Positions 63,791 to 64,000 of a stretch of 64,000 nucleotides of DNA are shown in pieces. The first letter of the stretch is position 1. Each line of letters begins with the position of its first letter. Below the pieces are notes generated by a model that saw nothing but the letters and a program-made list of their open reading frames with translations, made no database searches and was not told where the DNA came from. The position numbers were made by a program, and so were the translations under genes. The DNA is from Harriotta raleighana (Eukaryota): the NCBI GenBank assembly GCA_050575255.1, contig JBNZDD010013604.1, positions 910,641-974,640 on the forward strand, in the 5' to 3' direction.

Positions 63791-64000
63791 TTTATAAGCC
63801 CCTCTGATGCTATATATGATTGCATTATAATATTACACTCATTCCTGCTAGCTATTCCTTCATACCTGTGAATGTGATACAATCCATAAGTCCCTATCAT
63901 AATGGCATTGCTTGCTATTCGTGCTCAAAATGCATGTGAAAGAATTTGCAGATACTGTGTAATATTCAAGAATGTAAATTGACAATATTTGAATGCATGC

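Noticed and set aside
1-64000. CRISPR arrays, operons or other prokaryotic systems
   Set aside because: The sequence is vertebrate non-coding DNA. Its repeats are dispersed retroposons, not regularly spaced arrays.

Overview
This is AT-rich (roughly 35-38% GC by eye), non-coding vertebrate DNA, either a large intron or a gene desert. The repeat content points to a cartilaginous fish, most likely a holocephalan such as Callorhinchus milii; this is an inference from recalled repeat consensi, not a search. I found no intact protein-coding gene. The ORFs that can be interpreted are decayed L2 and CR1 LINE reverse-transcriptase fragments. The window contains: about 15 copies or fragments of a tRNA(Ala)-headed SINE with an L2-type tail, in a short and a long subfamily; four older Deu-domain SINEs; many L2 3' ends, six of them tail-only stubs; many CR1 3' ends; and a Tigger/pogo-like MITE. 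Repeat-free blocks between them look like candidate conserved non-coding elements, but conservation cannot be shown from this sequence alone. The most unusual signals are: (i) a 7SL/Alu-domain-like segment at about 1.4 kb, possibly a 7SL-headed SINE in a chondrichthyan; (ii) two long stand-alone hairpins at 10.1 kb and 24.2 kb; (iii) a ~440 bp head-to-head SINE palindrome with both heads lost at the same stem, plus a second mirror insertion at a homologous point; (iv) a compensatory base pair in the 3' stem-loop shared by the SINE and L2; (v) a strong splice acceptor followed by a signal-peptide-like small ORF at about 58 kb. All repeat boundaries are approximate, estimated by eye.
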